Part shown: one piece after another, positions 1 through 6,727 of the stretch
Layout of the letters: the number at the start of each line of letters is the position of its first letter
Position numbering within the stretch: position 1 is the first letter of the stretch
Assembly: GCA_048772705.1 (NCBI GenBank)
Contig: JBLWGC010000086.1
Span: 1-10,628, forward strand
Length of the DNA: 10,628 nucleotides
Direction of reading: 5' to 3'
From: Leidyana gryllorum EB-2025a
Lineage: Eukaryota; Protista; Apicomplexa
The notes under the pieces: model-generated
Seen by the model: the letters and a program-made list of their open reading frames with translations, nothing else
Database searches by the model: none
What the model was told of the DNA's origin: nothing
Position numbers and translations under genes: made by a program

Positions 1-26
1 GTGTTTAACCCTCCAACCACATCGCA

Positions 27-108
27 CGACAACTGCTGGATTTGAACCAGCGCGGGCACGGCCCAGTAGATTTCTAGTCTACCCCCTTAACCACTCGGGC
101 AAGTTGCC
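27..108 (-). tRNA. trnS: tRNA-Ser(AGA)
   Basis: GGCAACT/AGTTGTC acceptor, GTAGA-CT-AGA-AA-TCTAC anticodon arm, long variable arm, G73. Confidence 0.93.
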
Positions 109-167
109 GCTGTCGAACTTGGCATTTTGCGGCCAGTGGCTTCACAAACGGTTCAGCAACCTTGAGT

Positions 168-235
168 TCTCGCGCTGCCCGAACCGGCGGTCTCCCCTCA
201 AAAGTCTTGCGCTCTACCGACGGACTTGGGGCGGC
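168..235 (-). pseudogene. tRNA-Lys(TTT) pseudogene
   Basis: rc GCCGCCCCAAGTCCGTCGGTAGAGCGCAAGACTTTTGA matches Lys at 10260; 3' half decayed. Confidence 0.75.
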
Positions 236-335
236 AACGAAGCTCGGACTTAGTAACAAATTCCATTCGTATTGATCGTGGAATCTTGGGCCTTCCTCGG
301 GTGCAGGGCGAATCTGTATCAGAGATCCACTCACT

Positions 336-409
336 TGGTCACGCGCGGGCTCCAGTCGCGGACTCGGAAGTTATCAGGCTCACGCTCTAACCGACTGGAA
401 TATGTGACC
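336..409 (-). pseudogene. tRNA-Ile-like pseudogene (loop reads GAT)
   Basis: rc GGTCACA...CAGTCGGTTAGAGCGTGAGCCTGATAA...CGTGACCA; acceptor stem mostly kept, other arms broken. Confidence 0.65.
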
Positions 410-653
410 GCTTCAGAGTTGAGGTGAACAGTCACTAGCCGAAGGAGCGAGTGATGTGCACAGCAAAACCCCATGACTGGGAGTGAAGCGGCCGCTCAGA
501 CCTTCGTCCACCCCGCCAAACAGTCATTCCAAGAGCCAAATACTGACATCGAGAAGGGGGTGTACCTACACCACTGACAGTTCGCACGGGAATCCCGACG
601 GAAGGTGCGCTGGTCCGGATGGCTGTACCGACTCTTTTGGGATGGGCTGAACC

Positions 654-725
654 GGTTGCGTGGTGTAGTGGTTAGCACTGGAGACTCTGAATCTCCCGAC
701 CTGGGTTCGATTCCCGGCACGACCT
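654..725 (+). tRNA. trnQ: tRNA-Gln(CTG)
   Basis: GGAGA-CT-CTG-AA-TCTCC arm, GGTTCGATTCC T-arm; one acceptor mismatch (C6:A67). Confidence 0.9.
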
Positions 726-868
726 CGGAACTGGTCCTCACTACTCCTGAAACTTCGCCACTTCTCTTGGGCTGCGGGGACCATCCGTGCAGCTATGTTC
801 TAGTACACGGCCGTTTTGCTTCAAGTGAGGAGACAGGAACGAGTTGAGTGAGTATGAGGGGCAGTTCT

Positions 869-940
869 GGGTACGTAGCTCAGTGGTAGAGCAGCTGACT
901 GCAGATCAGCAAGTCCGTGGTTCAACTCCGCGCGTGCCCT
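869..940 (+). tRNA. trnC: tRNA-Cys(GCA)
   Basis: Complete cloverleaf, GCTGA-CT-GCA-GA-TCAGC, U73. Confidence 0.94.
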
Positions 941-1054
941 GAAGATGGAATGAAACGTTCGAAGGTGTTGGCTCAGCCATACCGTCATGTGATCGAGACA
1001 GGGCCTGCCTGGTTAGCTGAGGGGCAGAACCCTCGCACGGGCGCGAGAGATTTT

Positions 1055-1215
1055 GACACCAGATGCCACAACCTCTCTGCCTCGGCCGTGCATCGAACAC
1101 GGGACTTCCAGTTCTGCAGTCTGGCGCTCTCCCAACTGAGCTACCGAGGCGCTAAAAAGTCTTGAAACGCGGTGAAAATAAGCACTCACCGCAGCCGCAT
1201 CTGGGGCCACTCCTC
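1055..1215. repeat. Inverted duplicate of ~5465-5625 (Phe + flanks)
   Basis: Both flanks align, e.g. GAGAGGTTGTG(G/A)CAT(C/T)TGGTGTCA. Confidence 0.85.
1078..1150 (-). pseudogene. tRNA-Phe body carrying GCA (Cys) anticodon
   Basis: Three substitutions relative to Phe(GAA) at 5529: anticodon GAA>GCA, position 39 T>A, T-loop C60>G. Confidence 0.85.
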
Positions 1216-1238
1216 GCGGCCTCCCGAGTTCGGCAGTT

Positions 1239-1303
1239 GCCAACTTGCCCGAGTGGGGAGGGGTGGTGGATTTGAATTCTATTGGGCCTGGTCCGCGCGG
1301 GTG
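1239..1303 (+). pseudogene. tRNA-Ser(TGA-like) 3'-truncated pseudogene
   Basis: GCCAACTTGCCCGAGTGG...GTGGATTTGAATTCTATTGGGCC...CCGCGCGGGT aligns to the Ser body at 2718. Confidence 0.65.
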
Positions 1304-1525
1304 CATGCTTTGGGCGAGAGCCGTACCATCCTCAAAAGGAGTGGGATGTCAGGTCAACACCATAATGAGCTTTTCTGGGAATCGGATCCATTTCTTTTTC
1401 CATCCTGACACGGATACCACCGCTAGATCAAATAGCCGAATACTTGGGTGCATGCAACCGGATATACAGAGAGAGACTCGAATCTACCGTAGCTTTTCCA
1501 GCCTATTCTCGAGGATGATCGGCGT

Positions 1526-1609
1526 TGCACAAAATGGGATTCGAACCCATGCAGACTTGCGCCTACCAGAACTTGAGTCTGGCCCCTTAGACCACTCGGG
1601 CATCTGTGC
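1526..1609 (-). tRNA. trnL: tRNA-Leu(CAA)
   Basis: CCAGA-CT-CAA-GT-TCTGG, long variable arm, intact stems, no intron. Confidence 0.94.
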
Positions 1610-1703
1610 GTTACTTTCTCTCTGAGTTCCAGAGTGTTAATCGCTTCCGTTGCGACGTCGATGTCGTTCGGGTGCGGTGTCCCGCCCCGAAGTACTCTTA
1701 CGG

Positions 1704-1783
1704 CCCGAGTTGCTTAGATGGCAACGCATGTGATTGTAGTGGTGGCATCAAATATTCGACGAGCAAATTCCGTCCCGCCGGGA
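1704..1783 (+). pseudogene. tentative intron-containing tRNA-Tyr(GTA) pseudogene
   Basis: D-like GCTTAGATGGCAACGC, TGTGA-TT-GTA-G[TGGTGGC]ATCAAA, T-arm GACGA-GCAAATT-CCGTC, 3' CGCCGGGA. Confidence 0.5.
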
Positions 1784-1882
1784 GTTGAGGAGTGGACTTC
1801 TTACAACGTAGTTCGTCTGACACTCCTGTTCCGTTCCACCCTGATCGATGCTTCGCTACCTCTAAAGCCTCGCTCAAAGATT

Positions 1883-1954
1883 GTCCGAGTCGTCTAGTGG
1901 TTAGGACAGCACGTTGTGGCCGTGCAAACCCAGGCTCGATTCCTGGCTCGGACA
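1883..1954 (+). tRNA. trnH: tRNA-His(GTG)
   Basis: GTCCGAG/CTCGGAC acceptor, GCACG-TT-GTG-GC-CGTGC, A73, no encoded G-1; T54>C variant. Confidence 0.9.
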
Positions 1955-2047
1955 ACCAATCTAAAGTGCATTGCAATTCCCCTCCAAACCTCTCAGATCC
2001 TTATCGAGACTGAGAGACCACTCAGAAAAGCTTAAGTGCGTGAGCAA

Positions 2048-2118
2048 AGCCTTCTGCCGGAATCGAACCGGCGACCTTTCGCTTACAAAGCGAATGCTCT
2101 GCCACCAGCTAAGAAGGC
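2048..2118 (-). tRNA. trnT: tRNA-Thr(TGT), D-arm lesion
   Basis: TTCGC-TT-TGT-AA-GCGAA; D-arm 1 nt short (GCTGGTGG vs GCTCAGGGG). Confidence 0.82.
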
Positions 2119-2219
2119 AATGTTAACGGAAGTTACTGAAGCTCATTGTTCCACCGGTCGAACGGATCCAGGGCTCCACCCAACGGCAAATAGGGTGTAA
2201 CTCAGTGTAGAGCTTCGTT

Positions 2220-2292
2220 GCCGCCCTAGCTCAGTCCGTAGAGCGCAAGACTTTCAATCTTGCAGTCGCGGGTTCGAGCCCCGCGGGCGGTG
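2220..2292 (+). pseudogene. tRNA-Lys body carrying TTC (Glu) anticodon
   Basis: Identical to Lys(TTT) at 10260 except TTT>TTC and D-loop G18>C. Confidence 0.85.
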
Positions 2293-2341
2293 CAAATCAA
2301 TGTCTCTGGAAGCCGTTACCTACAACCACACTCTGCTGGAT

Positions 2342-2414
2342 TTCCACTCCCGGGACTTGAACCCGGATCGTGCGGGTGGAAGCCGCATATCCTAGCCACT
2401 TGGACTACAGTGGA
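2342..2414 (-). pseudogene. tRNA-Glu body carrying TCC (Gly) anticodon
   Basis: Body as Glu at 9078/10393; TGCGG-CT-TCC-AC-CCGCA; G7:G66 mismatch. Confidence 0.83.
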
Positions 2415-2595
2415 CGAGTGGTTGAGTTGGGGCTTCGGCCGAGAGCCGTACCGTCTTGGAAGAAATGGTATGTCGGCCTGATCAAGTGAGTGGATCTCTG
2501 ATACAGATTCGGACTTAGTAACCAATTCCATTTGTATTAATCGTGGAATCTTGGGCCTTCGCCGGGCCTTCGCCGGGTACAGGGCGAGCTTCCTT

Positions 2596-2665
2596 GCCGC
2601 CCCAACTCCGTCGGTGGAGCGCAAGACTTTTGATGGGAGAACCGCGGGTTCGGGGGGGCGCGAGC
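2596..2665 (+). pseudogene. tRNA-Lys(TTT) pseudogene
   Basis: Inverted duplicate of the 168-235 relic with shared lesions. Confidence 0.72.
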
Positions 2666-2717
2666 AGTGCTGAACCGTATGCGAAGCCACTGGCTGCAAA
2701 ATGCCAAGTTCGACAGC

Positions 2718-2799
2718 GGCAACTTGCCCGAGTGGTTAAGGGGGTAGACTAGAAATCTACTGGGGCGGGCCGGCGCTGGTTCAAATCCAGCAGTTGTCG
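2718..2799 (+). tRNA. trnS: tRNA-Ser(AGA)
   Basis: Duplicate of 27-108 differing in the variable arm. Confidence 0.9.
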
Positions 2800-2874
2800 T
2801 GCGATGTGGTTGGAGGGTTAAACACCAACTCCCGCATGAATTTCTGGATGGTGGAAAAACAACCATGTGTCCTC

Positions 2875-2945
2875 TGCATCTGCCGGGAATCGAACCCGGG
2901 TCGTCTCGATGGCAACGAGACATTCTACCACTAGACCACAGATGC
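2875..2945 (-). tRNA. trnG: tRNA-Gly(GCC)
   Basis: Perfect cloverleaf, TCTCG-TT-GCC-AT-CGAGA, A73. Confidence 0.96.
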
Positions 2946-3025
2946 GTGACACCTTGTTGTTGAAGCTCGTACACGGTAACGGCCGTTTTCTGAACGAATG
3001 GAATGTCCGTGGCGTGTTCAGAGCG

Positions 3026-3097
3026 TCCGAGATAGCATAGTGGTTACTATTTTCGCATGTCACGCCTAAGAAGCGGGCCCGATTGCCGGTAAATGAG
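3026..3097 (+). pseudogene. tRNA-Asp(GTC) pseudogene
   Basis: TCCGAGATAGCATAGTGGTTACTATTTTCGCATGTCACGC aligns to Asp 3401; T-arm and acceptor decayed. Confidence 0.8.
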
Positions 3098-3118
3098 TCT
3101 GGAACGGGGGATGGTTTT

Positions 3119-3190
3119 GAGCCTATGGCGCAACGGTAGCGCGTCTGACTCCAGATCAGAAGGTTGGGTGTTCGAATCACTCTGGGCTCA
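3119..3190 (+). tRNA. trnW: tRNA-Trp(CCA)
   Basis: TCTGA-CT-CCA-GA-TCAGA, intact stems, A73. Confidence 0.95.
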
Positions 3191-3226
3191 ACCGGACTCT
3201 ATGTTTTTCCCGTTTGGGGCGCAACC

Positions 3227-3306
3227 TGACAAAAGTGGGATTCGAACCCACGACCTTTCGGACTCCGGTCTGAGCACAGCGCCTCAGACCACTCGGTCAT
3301 CTTGCC
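3227..3306 (-). pseudogene. tRNA-Leu(CAG), degenerate
   Basis: Leu body as 8622 with several substitutions, including a G:G in the anticodon stem. Confidence 0.8.
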
Positions 3307-3400
3307 GGGATGTTGTTGGCTCGCCGCTCCACGCGTTTTCTATCCCTTGAATCTCAAGATGGAAGGACTTTTGGGGTTTCAGGCCGGTGTGTTCGGAGCG

Positions 3401-3472
3401 TCCGAGATAGTATAGTGGTTAGTATTTCCGCCTGTCACGCGGAAGACCCGGGTTCGATTCCCGGTCTCGGAG
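3401..3472 (+). tRNA. trnD: tRNA-Asp(GTC)
   Basis: Perfect cloverleaf, TCCGC-CT-GTC-AC-GCGGA, G73. Confidence 0.96.
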
Positions 3473-3527
3473 CACAGTTGATCTCGCTTAAGATTGTCTT
3501 TTTTGGTGCCCGCTGAAAGTTGCGAGC

Positions 3528-3600
3528 TACAGCCACCGAGGATCGAACTCGGGACCTTCTGCGTGTTAAGCCGACGTCGTAACCACTAGACCATGGCTGC
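3528..3600 (-). tRNA. trnV: tRNA-Val(AAC)
   Basis: Loop TT-AAC-AC; one anticodon-stem mismatch (TCGGC vs TCTGC). Confidence 0.88.
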
Positions 3601-3664
3601 ATGGATGATCCCCGCAGCCCAAGAGAAGTGGCGAAGCTTCAGGGAGTAGTGAGGACCAGTTCAA

Positions 3665-3734
3665 GGGTCGCGCCGGGATCGAACCCAGGTCGGAAAATCC
3701 AAAGTGTCGAGTGCTAACCACCAAGGACGCAACC
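3665..3734 (-). pseudogene. tRNA-Gln(TTG) pseudogene
   Basis: rc GGTTGCG...GTGGTTAGCACTCGACACTTTGGATTTTCCGACCTGGGTTCGATCCCGGCGCGACC; same flanks as Gln 654. Confidence 0.82.
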
Positions 3735-3891
3735 GGTTCAGCCCATCCCAGAAGAGTCGGACTAGCGCTTCCTCAACTGGACACATGCAACACGGGTCTT
3801 GTATACAGACCCCAGCGTAAAAAGTTGGATTCGAGTCGGGCAAAAACCTCAGTTCAATCATTCAACGAGTTGCGCTCTCCCCGAATGCTAC

Positions 3892-3973
3892 CGACAAGGG
3901 TGAGATTCGAACTCACGCGGGTGGAACCCAACGGCTGAGCAGGCCGCCGCCTTAACCACTCGGCCACCTTGCC
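3892..3973 (-). tRNA. trnS: tRNA-Ser(GCT)
   Basis: GCGGC-CT-GCT-CA-GCCGT, long variable arm, G73. Confidence 0.92.
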
Positions 3974-4059
3974 GACGACATCTCTTACTCGCTGGCACTT
4001 TTTCACAACGGTTTGGGGGAGGTTCTGAGATCGAAGCGTTCTTTCACTCCACGAGTATC

Positions 4060-4242
4060 GAGATGACCGAAGCCTCTCCATGGTGCGGTTGCCTACTGGA
4101 TAGGCATCGGTCTTCGGAACCGGGAGTTGTGGGTCCGAGGCCCATCGGCATCATAGCCTCTCACTCGGAAGACGTTCCGTTTCGACCGAGGCAAGCTTGC
4201 TAGCTGTATGAGAGCCGCTGCCCCGCATGTCGAGTTGAAGTG
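4060..4242. repeat. Inverted duplicate of ~8921-9069 (Arg + flanks)
   Basis: CGGAAGACGTTCCGTTTCGACCGAGGCAAGCTTGCTAGCTGTATG is shared in rc. Confidence 0.88.
4082..4153 (+). pseudogene. tRNA-Arg(TCG), degenerate
   Basis: TCGGT-CT-TCG-GA-ACCGG arm intact; D-arm, T-loop and acceptor mutated. Confidence 0.8.
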
Positions 4243-4300
4243 CTAGTGGTATCAGTTTCCTTCGTCTGTGGAAGTGCTCGATTCGATCCCCGAACAGTCC
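4243..4300 (+). pseudogene. tRNA-Pro relic
   Basis: CTAGTGGTAT..TTCCTT..GTGGAAG..TTCGATCCCCGAACAGTCC aligns to Pro 9749. Confidence 0.65.
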
Positions 4301-4376
4301 GTTATTGAGTAGGTTGCAGACAGCTGGAAGCAGAAATTGCCCGAGTCTCTCGGGGTGCTGCAGATCTTTCGCAATT

Positions 4377-4447
4377 GCACTTGCGGTCTAAGGGTAAGAT
4401 GCGACCCTTCCAAGGTCGTAACCCGGGTTTGAGTCCCGGCAGGTGCA
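4377..4447 (+). tRNA. trnG: tRNA-Gly(TCC), T8>C and C56>T variant
   Basis: Two substitutions at invariant positions versus 8031; may be inactive. Confidence 0.85.
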
Positions 4448-4514
4448 GCCGTATGTAGCACGAACGACCTGTCTATCGGTGAAGAGAGGGGACGACTCAA
4501 TACAATACAACGGT

Positions 4515-4594
4515 TGACAACAGTGGGATTCGAACCCACGCCCTTTCGGACTGCGGCCTTAACACAGCGCCTTGGACCACTCGGCCATCTTGCC
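4515..4594 (-). tRNA. trnL: tRNA-Leu(AAG)
   Basis: CTGTG-TT-AAG-GC-CGCAG; one acceptor G:G mismatch. Confidence 0.9.
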
Positions 4595-4689
4595 GGAGTG
4601 CCCTTGGCTCGCCACTTTACACGCTTTCTGTCCGTGAAGTTCTCGAGAAGGAAGACTTCTAGGGTTGAAGGCCGGGGTATCCACGAGCA

Positions 4690-4761
4690 TCCGAGATAGT
4701 ATAGTGCTTAGTATTTCCGCCTGTCACTCGGAAGACCCGGGTTCGATTACCGGTCTCGGAG
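4690..4761 (+). pseudogene. tRNA-Asp(GTC), degenerate
   Basis: Three substitutions versus 3401 (D-loop GG, anticodon stem, T-stem). Confidence 0.82.
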
Positions 4762-4814
4762 ACACTTCGTTCTTCCGCTTTAGATTTCGTGGTGCTCGTC
4801 TGACATGTTCGAGC

Positions 4815-4887
4815 TACAGCCACCGAGGATCGAACTCGGGACCTTCTGCGTGTGAAGCAGACGTCGTAATCACTAGACCATGGCTGC
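4815..4887 (-). tRNA. trnV: tRNA-Val(CAC)
   Basis: TCTGC-TT-CAC-AC-GCAGA; D-loop GG>GA. Confidence 0.87.
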
Positions 4888-5027
4888 ACGGACCTTCCGG
4901 GCTGTGAAAGGGGCGTGTGTCTTCGGACACACGTATCCGATGAGCCCGTTCGTCGTCGCTTGACCCGACGCTCCACCTGATCTCAATCCGGTACGGCTCT
5001 CGTCCAAAGCCTCAACTCGCGCACTTG

Positions 5028-5093
5028 TCCACTAAGTGGTTAGGATATGCGGCTCTCACCCGCACGATCCGGGTTCAAGTCCCGGCAGTGGAA
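5028..5093 (+). pseudogene. tRNA-Glu(CTC) with 7-nt deletion
   Basis: TCCACT[GTAGTCT]AAGTGG deleted relative to 9078; remainder intact. Confidence 0.87.
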
Positions 5094-5161
5094 GCTACTG
5101 GAGCAAAGTGCTCCAGCAATCTCCGTCAATAGTGTCTGATTCGTGATCTTCGGCTTGCATT

Positions 5162-5233
5162 GCCTTCTTAGCTCAGGGGCAGAGCATTCGCTTAGTAAGC
5201 GAAAGGTCGCCGGTTCTTTTCCGGCAGAAGGCT
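5162..5233 (+). pseudogene. tRNA-Thr(AGT), B-box mutated
   Basis: T-loop TTCTTTT instead of TTCGATT, which also creates an internal T4. Confidence 0.85.
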
Positions 5234-5342
5234 GGACTGATCGACTGGGCACCTGCAAGCTGCTCGCAAACTCCACGATCCCGGATGAAGTCCACCAGCT
5301 GAGGCAAAATCTGAGTTGCAGCAGTTGTGAGGGCTGGAACTG

Positions 5343-5413
5343 CTCCAAGACCGGGAATCGAACCAGGGTCTTCCGCGTGACAGGCGGAATACTGACCACT
5401 ATACTATCTCGGA
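5343..5413 (-). pseudogene. tRNA-Asp(GTC), degenerate
   Basis: Near copy of 3401 with a 1-nt deletion and substitutions. Confidence 0.8.
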
Positions 5414-5528
5414 CGCTAGTAAACACGCCCGCCTCCAACCCCAGAAGTCCTCGCATTTTGAGCGGGCAGTGGCCCCACATACGGCCGCGGTAGGTGCTCA
5501 TCTTCACCGCCTTCCGTGACTACCTACC

Positions 5529-5601
5529 GCCTCGGTAGCTCAGTTGGGAGAGCGCCAGACTGAAGATCTGGAAGTCCCGTGTTCGATCCACGGCCGAGGC
5601 A
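5529..5601 (+). tRNA. trnF: tRNA-Phe(GAA)
   Basis: Perfect cloverleaf, AGTTGGGA D-loop (G20), CCAGA-CT-GAA-GA-TCTGG. Confidence 0.96.
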
Positions 5602-5731
5602 GAGAGGTTGTGACATTTGGTGTCATCCCTCACAGCCGTGCGACTCGAGCTTGCCAGCAGCGTTCCGCAGATTCTCAACGGGCAACCGTCCACTCATCAA
5701 GCAGGGCATGCAATAGCTCTTCTAAGCTGGA

Positions 5732-5797
5732 GACCGCTAGCTCAAAGGGTAGAGTGCTCATTGACATGCCAGATGAGATCGATAGACAGGTCGTCCG
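5732..5797 (+). pseudogene. tRNA-Ala pseudogene
   Basis: GCTAGCTCAAAGGGTAGAGTGCTC...CATGCCAGA...GATCGATAGACAGGTCGTCC aligns to Ala 8760. Confidence 0.7.
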
Positions 5798-5810
5798 ACT
5801 TGCATACGGC

Positions 5811-5880
5811 TGCACCTGCGGGAACTCAGTCCGCGTTACGACCTCAGCACGGTCGCATTTTGCCGTCAGACCACAAGTGC
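5811..5880 (-). pseudogene. tRNA-Gly(TCC)-derived pseudogene
   Basis: Acceptor and CGACC/GGTCG stem as in 8031; loop reads GT-GCT-GA; T-arm decayed. Confidence 0.8.
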
Positions 5881-5921
5881 AGTCGAAAGATCGACAGAGG
5901 CTGTAGCACTCAGAGAGACAC

Positions 5922-5978
5922 GAGGAGAATGTTGGGCTCATGACCCAAAGTTCCGTCGATCGAAACGACGCACTGGTG
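5922..5978 (+). pseudogene. initiator tRNA-Met(CAT) 5'-truncated relic
   Basis: TTGGG-CT-CAT-GA-CCCAA (3 G:C pairs) and T-arm CGTCG-ATCGAAA-CGACG (A54/A60). Confidence 0.78.
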
Positions 5979-6037
5979 AGCGCCCGCAGGGGGACACACT
6001 TATAGAAATGATTCACAGGCGTCTTTTTTGGAGAGCT

Positions 6038-6108
6038 CCCCGACCTGGTATCGACCCCCGCACATTTGGCCTGCAAAGTCACCTCTCTGGCACTTGGGAT
6101 AGCCGCCT
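6038..6108 (-). pseudogene. tRNA-Ala(TGC) pseudogene
   Basis: rc GGCGGCTATCCCAAGTG..GGTGACTTTGCA..GTCGATACCAGGTCG; shares lesions and upstream flank with 10552. Confidence 0.68.
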
Positions 6109-6186
6109 ATCCGCTAAACCCAAGTGAACTTTTCCAGCCTCGGTTCCTCAACAGTGGCACTTCGAGCCCTCAAGCTCAACACTGCG

Positions 6187-6260
6187 GCACAGATCGCGGT
6201 GGCCTGCGGTGCCAAACTTGAGTTTGGATGGCGCAAGTCTGCATGGCTCCGAATGGCAGC
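6187..6260 (+). pseudogene. tRNA-Leu(CAA)-derived pseudogene
   Basis: GCACAGAT...GGCGCAAGTCTGCATGG matches Leu 1526. Confidence 0.75.
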
Positions 6261-6297
6261 CACTCTTCTCGATTCCACGGTTGAGCGGGACCACGAG

Positions 6298-6370
6298 AAC
6301 GGTGGGCGGGACTCGAACCCACAACCTTTGCCTCCGGAGGGCAACACGCTATCCATTGCGCCACCACCGC
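6298..6370 (-). tRNA. trnR: tRNA-Arg(CCG)
   Basis: TTGCC-CT-CCG-GA-GGCAA, AATGGATA D-loop, intact stems. Confidence 0.92.
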
Positions 6371-6414
6371 ACAACCCACAGCCTCACTGTCTTAAACACC
6401 TGAGTCGTCAGTAT

Positions 6415-6450
6415 CGCCTGGCCCCACTGGTTCGAATCTAGCAGCTGTCG
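6415..6450 (+). pseudogene. tRNA-Ser 3' fragment
   Basis: CTGGTTCGAATCTAGCAGCTGTCG resembles the Ser 3' end CTGGTTCAAATCCAGCAGTTGTCG. Confidence 0.6.
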
Positions 6451-6548
6451 AGTGACGTGGTAGGCGGAGTTCGAAAGACTCGTTATCGTATTTGAGACAG
6501 GGGATGGGTGTATCAACTCTCCTAGACCCTCGTCAGCGGCTAGCAAAA

Positions 6549-6622
6549 AGGCTGTTTTAAGAATCGAACCCAGGACTCCTTCCACCCCCTAAGGAAGGAT
6601 CATACCACTAGACCGAACAGCC
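6549..6622 (-). pseudogene. tRNA-Pro(AGG) pseudogene with 9-nt anticodon loop
   Basis: Loop TTAGGGGGT (+2 G versus 9749); T8>C and weakened T-stem. Confidence 0.85.
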
Positions 6623-6678
6623 GAATGTTAGGGGGATCCACGATGTAATGGCCAATTCCGCCCTGGAATGAGTACCGT

Positions 6679-6724
6679 TGCGCAGAATGGGATTCGCACC
6701 CATGCAGACTTGCGCCTACCAGAA
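6679..6724 (-). pseudogene. tRNA-Leu(CAA) 3' half
   Basis: Matches 1526-1571 and stops at the anticodon loop. Confidence 0.8.
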
Positions 6725-6727
6725 TGT

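Larger units (their letters stand above)
1..340. repeat. Inverted duplicate of ~2479-2825 (Ser-AGA + Lys relic + spacer)
   Basis: GTGTTTAACCCTCCAACCACATCGCAC at position 1 is the exact rc of 2799-2825; homology continues to ~340. Confidence 0.9.
2219..2418. repeat. Direct duplicate of ~10259-10468 (convergent Lys-Glu pair)
   Basis: Shared spacer CAAATCAATGTCTCTGG...CACACTCTGCTGGAT. Confidence 0.9.
4217..4944. repeat. Inverted duplicate of ~7459-8244 (Pro relic-Gly-Leu-Asp-Val)
   Basis: Colinear tRNAs and spacers, e.g. GCTGCCCCGCATGTCGAGTTGAAGTGCTAGTGGTATCAG; the Asp-Val spacer is more diverged. Confidence 0.88.
5024..5233. repeat. Direct duplicate of ~9074-9290 (Glu-Thr)
   Basis: Shared spacer GAGCAAAGTGCTCCAG...CTGATTCGTGATCTTCGGCTTG. 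Confidence 0.9.

Noticed and set aside
336-409. GAT-anticodon Ile as evidence of bacterial-type decoding
   Set aside because: The copy is heavily decayed; AAT>GAT mutation is simpler.
1460-1480. U6-like ATACAGAGA
   Set aside because: Not followed by AGATTAGCATGGC or the internal stem-loop; a chance match.
2192-2213. AGGGTGTAACTCAGTGTAGAGC as a D-arm fragment
   Set aside because: Too short to assign a family.
2472-2505. U2 snRNA-like TCGGCCT-GATCAAGTG-AGT...TCTGATAC
   Set aside because: Lacks stem I and the GTAGTA branch-pairing motif. The paralog at 312-340 shows it is the Ile 3' end plus its flank.
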